Shown here: one piece after another, positions 59,769-64,000 of the stretch
How the letters are laid out: each line of letters begins with the position of its first letter
Position numbering within the stretch: the first letter of the stretch is position 1
Translations under genes and position numbers: made by a program
Source: Candidatus Latescibacterota bacterium
GTDB taxonomy: Bacteria; Latescibacterota; UBA2968; UBA8231
Length of the DNA stretch: 64,000 bases
Direction of reading: 5' to 3'
Assembly: GCA_965261395.1 (NCBI GenBank)
Contig: OZ253462.1
Location: forward strand, 64,001 to 128,000
Notes under the pieces: generated by a model
The model's input: the letters and a program-made list of their open reading frames with translations, nothing else
Database searches by the model: none
Told to the model about the DNA's origin: nothing

Positions 59769-61433
59769 CTAGCGCACAAGGGCAATTTTGCCCAAGTGGC
59801 TGCGGTTAGGCGCCCGCAGTTGATAGAAGTAGATCCCGTTGGCCGCGGCCCGGCCCGGCGTCCAGCGCGGGGCGCGGCCCGGCCGGTCGTGGCTCCCCGG
59901 CCACAGGTCCCAACGCTCGGCAAACACCAACCGGCCAGCTACGTCAAAAACCCTCAACTCGACGCGGCCGCGCTCGGCTAGCTGCACCGGGAAATGCACC
60001 TCCCCGTCCCGCGCTGGATTGGGAAAGGGTGCCAACAGACGATCCTCCTTCGGCAGCTCCTCGGCGAGACCACTGGCCGCCAGCGCGTTTATCTGCCCCC
60101 AGCCATACACCGTGTCGGGACCGGCTGCGCCCAAGTCCAGCGCGGTAGAGCGCAAAGCCTCCAGCACTTGGGCCGGTTCCCATTTGGGATGGATTTGCAA
60201 CAACAGGGCGCACACCCCGCTCACCAAGGGCGAGGCAAAGGACGTGCCGCCCCTGCGCACATAACCGCCGCGCCGCAGATCTGCGACCACCACACCGCTG
60301 CCGGGCGCGACCACATCCGGCTTAATGCGGCCATCGGCCGTTGGCCCCCGCGAGCTAAAGGAGGCAATCTGCGGCACGCGCTCATCGCTGCCGGGCACAT
60401 CTACCGCTCCCGCCGCAATCGCGCCGTCGGCGTCTGCTGGGACCGTTATGTAGTGCCAATCCCCGTTGGCCTCATTACCCGCGGCCACCACCACCACGAT
60501 GCCGCGCCGCACCGCCAACGCCGCCGCCACGCTCGTCAGCGCGGTTTCTCCGTCTAGATCCGCCGGCGAGTATCCGGTGCCGTCATCCCACCTATTGTAG
60601 CCCAGTGAACTGTTGACCACCTGTGCCCCCAAGCTGTCCGCCCATTCCAAACCGGCGACCCAGCGATCCTCCTCCGAAGGCATTTCGGGCAAGGTGTCGT
60701 CTAGTTCGGTCTTGGCCAAGATGTACTCGGCGTCGGGCGCCACACCGATAAAGTGATCGGGGTGGTAGCCTGCCAGCAGGGAAAGTACTTGCGCACCGTG
60801 CAAGTTTTGGCTGCCGCTCATTTCGTCGCCCGTGATCGGTTGATCAGCCTCGTCGCCGACTACTTCGTCACCATTGACAAAGTCGCGCTGGGCCACCACG
60901 CGGATTGAATCGAAGGCCGCGTGTTCGGCGTAGTGAAAGCCGTTGTCGAGCAAGGCCACGCGCACCCCAGCGCCTGTGAAACCCCGGTCGTGTAGGGGGG
61001 GAACGGCGATTTGGGCCAACTGCTCAAAGGCGAGGCCATAATGGCTTTGCAGCAACTTGGGGCTGGCAAGCGGCACCGGCGACCGCGGGCTGGGCCGCTG
61101 CAAGCGCTGCACGGGCCGAATTGCGACGACAAAGTCCGCGGCCTGCACTCGGCGCTGCACCTCGGGCGAGACCCGAGCACTGATCGCGTTGAGCCAACGC
61201 GAGGAAAAGCGCACCTCCGCCCCCATCTCCCGCAGGCGCTCGATATAGTGCTGGCTGACGGGCAGGTCCAATTCCGCGTCTGCATGACCGGCCCCCAAAC
61301 CCACCCAAGCGATGCGCTGTCCGTCGGCATCTGTTTTGTCGCGCAACAGAATCCAGATATTCTGATCCGCCGCGACAGCCCAAGCCCCGGCGTGCATCAA
61401 CAGGGCCGCACACCACCACACTCTCTTATTCAA
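59769..61433 (-). CDS. S8 (subtilisin-like) serine peptidase with T9SS-type C-terminal domain
   Basis: Triad LLDNG / HGAQVL / GTSFASP, AAGN oxyanion; CTD PFPNP..RVFDVAGRLV..GIYFY..KIALVR; start (TTG 61433) uncertain. Confidence 0.9.
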   Translation of the reverse strand: MNKRVWWCAALLMHAGAWAVAADQNIWILLRDKTDADGQRIAWVGLGAGHADAELDLPVSQHYIERLREMGAEVRFSSRWLNAISARVSPEVQRRVQAADFVVAIRPVQRLQRPSPRSPVPLASPKLLQSHYGLAFEQLAQIAVPPLHDRGFTGAGVRVALLDNGFHYAEHAAFDSIRVVAQRDFVNGDEVVGDEADQPITGDEMSGSQNLHGAQVLSLLAGYHPDHFIGVAPDAEYILAKTELDDTLPEMPSEEDRWVAGLEWADSLGAQVVNSSLGYNRWDDGTGYSPADLDGETALTSVAAALAVRRGIVVVVAAGNEANGDWHYITVPADADGAIAAGAVDVPGSDERVPQIASFSSRGPTADGRIKPDVVAPGSGVVVADLRRGGYVRRGGTSFASPLVSGVCALLLQIHPKWEPAQVLEALRSTALDLGAAGPDTVYGWGQINALAASGLAEELPKEDRLLAPFPNPARDGEVHFPVQLAERGRVELRVFDVAGRLVFAERWDLWPGSHDRPGRAPRWTPGRAAANGIYFYQLRAPNRSHLGKIALVR

Positions 61434-62070
61434 CGGGGGGTTCCCTCGTATCCAGCACCTCCACCCCTTCGGGGACCTCAAAAGAAAAAACCTCGTCGGC
61501 TATCCTCTTGTTGGTGCGGTGATCCCTGAGCACGTACGCGGTGCGATTGCCATTGGCCTCGCGCTGCTCCACTTGCAGCAGAAACCACCTCCTGGGATCC
61601 ACCCAGATCCGCATCTGTTCGACCACAGAGGATTCGTTTTCCGGTGCCATGACCAGCAAATAGCAAGGCCGCCCCCCCAACGCACTCTCCTCCACCGCAA
61701 TGGGCACGTAGCGCTCGGTATAGTCAAAAAACACTTCCCAAGGGGTCTTTATTTCCGCCTCGTATGGGCTGATCACCACTTGGCCGTTGTGCACGACGTA
61801 CGACCAGACGGACTCGCCATCGGCCACTACCACATCGCCTCCTTCCAGCTCGATGCGAAAGCGATTCGGGCGGCGCAAATAGATCCGGCCCTCGCGGCTG
61901 CGGTACTTGTCCAGCACTGCCCAGTAGAATTGCTTTTCAAAGCGGGCTGAAAACGTCTTGTAGCTAGCAAGGCGCTTCTGCACCATAGCGATGATCTGGT
62001 CGCCGCTCTGCCCGAAGGCTGCGCTGGTCGCTAAGCCCACGCAAAGAACAACCCACAACCACAGTCTCAT
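61426..62070 (-). CDS. lolA: Outer-membrane lipoprotein carrier LolA family
   Basis: Signal peptide, RPNRFR, VADG..VW.Y, F.F.VPEGVEV; directly follows ftsK. Confidence 0.85.
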   Translation of the reverse strand: MRLWLWVVLCVGLATSAAFGQSGDQIIAMVQKRLASYKTFSARFEKQFYWAVLDKYRSREGRIYLRRPNRFRIELEGGDVVVADGESVWSYVVHNGQVVISPYEAEIKTPWEVFFDYTERYVPIAVEESALGGRPCYLLVMAPENESSVVEQMRIWVDPRRWFLLQVEQREANGNRTAYVLRDHRTNKRIADEVFSFEVPEGVEVLDTREPPVE

Positions 62071-64000
62071 TCTTCCGCGTACTCCTCTTCCTCGCTTTCG
62101 ACGAGGATCTCGCGCGGCTTCGCCCCAACGATCGGCCCGACGATACCGGCGGCCTCCAGCTCGTCCATCAAACGCGCAGCCCGGGAATAACCCACTTTCA
62201 AGCGCCGCTGCAAAAACGACGTGGAAGCCTGCCGGTGTTCGGCGACTAAGCGCACGGCATCGTCAAAAAGGTCGTCGCGCGCAGCGGAAGCCGCGTTAAT
62301 ATCCGGCTGCTGGGAAAACACCGCAACTTCCTCGGCCTCGTACGGACTCTCCTTCAATGCCTCGACCAAGCGCTCGGTTTCCGCTCCGGAAATAAAGGCT
62401 CCGTGGACGCGGAGGGGCTCGCCTTGGCCGCTCGGCAGAAAGAGCATATCGCCCATCCCCAAGAGCCGCTCGGCCCCGTTGAGATCGAGGATCGTGCGCG
62501 AATCCGTCTTCGACGCCACTTGGAAGGCAATGCGCGAAGGGAAGTTGGCCTTGATTACCCCGGTAATCACGTTTACCGAAGGCCGCTGGGTCGCCAAGAT
62601 GATGTGAATGCCCACCGCGCGCGACTTCTGCGCCAAGCTCATCAGCGAGGTCTCCACATCGGTGGGAGCTGTCAGCATCAAATCGGCGAATTCGTCGATT
62701 ACGATCACGATGTACGCCAGTGGCTTCTCAGGCTCGACGCCGTCTTCTGCGGCCTCGGCTTGGACCTGCGCCAGCTTGGCGTTGTAGTCGGACATATTGC
62801 GCACGCCCAGCTTGGCCAGCTTCTGGTAGCGAGCTTCCATCTCGGCCACAGCCCACTTCAACGCCTCCGCAGCCTTCTTCGGCTCGGTGATAACCGGCAC
62901 CAGCAAGTGCGGTATATCGTTGTACATCATCAATTCGACGACCTTGGGATCGACCATGATAAAGCGCACTTCGTCCGGCGTAGCCTTGAAGAGGATGCTG
63001 CAAATCAGGCTGTTCAGGCACACGCTCTTGCCGGCCCCGGTGGCACCGGCGACCAATAGATGGGGCATTTTGGCCAAATCCGCGGCACACGGCTCGCCCG
63101 CAATGGTCTTGCCCAACGCCATGACCAGCTTGGAATCCGAGCGGCTGAACACCTCGTCTTCGAGGATATCGCGCAAGTACACGGTCTCCCGCTGCTGATT
63201 GGCAATCTCCACCCCAACCACGGATTTGCCCGGCACTGGCGCTTGAATGCGAATGCCCTGCGCGCTCATCACCCGCGCCAGATCGTCCGACAGCGCGGCA
63301 ATGCGATTGACCTTGACCCCCTGACCTGGTTCCACCTCGTAGCGCGTCACCACCGGCCCAGGACTCACCTCCACGACCTGGCAGTCCACGTCGAAATTGC
63401 CCAGCGCATTTTCCAAAATCTTGGCGTTTTCCAGCAAGGTCTCCTTAGAGACATCGCTGTGGCTGGCGGGCACTTCGTCTAGCAACTGGGTGCTGGGGAC
63501 TTCGTAGCGACCACTGGCGGGCGGGCGGGCGGGCTCGGCGGGCTCTTGTTGGCGCGCCGGTGCCGGCACAGCCGCATCTGCAACCGCTGGTTCCTTTTTC
63601 TTTTTGCGCTCGCGCCGCTCAACGCGCGCTGGCTCCTGCACCCGAGGCTCCACTGCGGCAACCTCTTCAACCATTGGCTTCCGAGGGGCCGCATCCGCGA
63701 CCCGAAGCTCTGCGCCGCTCTCGGGTCGCATTTCTCGCACCATGGTGGTTTCATCGCGTTCCCATTTTGCGGCTTTGCCCTTGTGCCTAGCAAGGCGGGG
63801 GAGACGCAGACGCCCGAGCCACCGCCACACCGCCGCCACCCCAGCTCCCAACCACGCCAACATCCGCCAGTTTAGGCCGGGGGTCAAAATCACCGCCACC
63901 ACAAACAGCGCGCTCAGCAACACCGCCGACCCCAACCTCCCTAGATACGGTATGAGAACTTCCAAACTAAGCTGGGTCCCCAGCACGCCGCCCAGCGCGT
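62067..64000 (-). CDS. ftsK: DNA translocase FtsK (5' end outside window)
   Basis: GPVVTRYE, PHLLVAGATGAGKS, IDEFADLM, ATQRPS, gamma domain LQRRLKVGYSRAAR. Confidence 0.96.
   Translation of the reverse strand, partial: ALGGVLGTQLSLEVLIPYLGRLGSAVLLSALFVVAVILTPGLNWRMLAWLGAGVAAVWRWLGRLRLPRLARHKGKAAKWERDETTMVREMRPESGAELRVADAAPRKPMVEEVAAVEPRVQEPARVERRERKKKKEPAVADAAVPAPARQQEPAEPARPPASGRYEVPSTQLLDEVPASHSDVSKETLLENAKILENALGNFDVDCQVVEVSPGPVVTRYEVEPGQGVKVNRIAALSDDLARVMSAQGIRIQAPVPGKSVVGVEIANQQRETVYLRDILEDEVFSRSDSKLVMALGKTIAGEPCAADLAKMPHLLVAGATGAGKSVCLNSLICSILFKATPDEVRFIMVDPKVVELMMYNDIPHLLVPVITEPKKAAEALKWAVAEMEARYQKLAKLGVRNMSDYNAKLAQVQAEAAEDGVEPEKPLAYIVIVIDEFADLMLTAPTDVETSLMSLAQKSRAVGIHIILATQRPSVNVITGVIKANFPSRIAFQVASKTDSRTILDLNGAERLLGMGDMLFLPSGQGEPLRVHGAFISGAETERLVEALKESPYEAEEVAVFSQQPDINAASAARDDLFDDAVRLVAEHRQASTSFLQRRLKVGYSRAARLMDELEAAGIVGPIVGAKPREILVESEEEEYAEE

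Overview
64 kb of GC-rich bacterial chromosome, almost entirely minus-strand (only lysA is on +), with no mobile elements or CRISPR. A diderm envelope (BamA, Skp, LolA/D/E), T9SS-type C-terminal domains and a PorV-like barrel suggest a non-Bacteroidota FCB-superphylum lineage such as Latescibacterota; this is inference, not a database result. Most of the window is housekeeping: recR, dnaX, long SRP RNA, 3 tRNAs, tadA, lysA, ilvE, rsmA, holB, rimI, tsaB, ruvCAB, yebC, an EF-G2 paralogue, a full 16S-tRNA(Ile)-23S-5S operon, rhaI, pyrB, fabZ, skp, bamA, mcsA-mcsB-clpC, lolDE, frameshifted prfB, lolA and ftsK. The standout is a tightly packed ~20 kb, 15-gene run (26662->6778). It holds an uncharacterised 8-gene module (orphan GlmL/MutL-like ASKHA ATPase, a barrel-sandwich/KOW protein, two apparently paralogous DUF6754-like membrane proteins of opposite predicted topology, two polytopic membrane proteins, two small proteins). 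The module sits between a peptide-binding protein and a TonB-receptor/T9SS-cargo/PorV/TPR/OppBC set, and the run lacks both an ABC ATPase and TonB/ExbBD. It is a candidate undescribed ATP-driven envelope transport system. Other points: an unannotated 38-aa basic protein with its own promoter and terminator, lipid A genes missing from the bamA-skp-fabZ cluster, an orphan large beta-barrel, and unusual rRNA signatures (EUB338/341F mismatches, divergent 23S helix 71).
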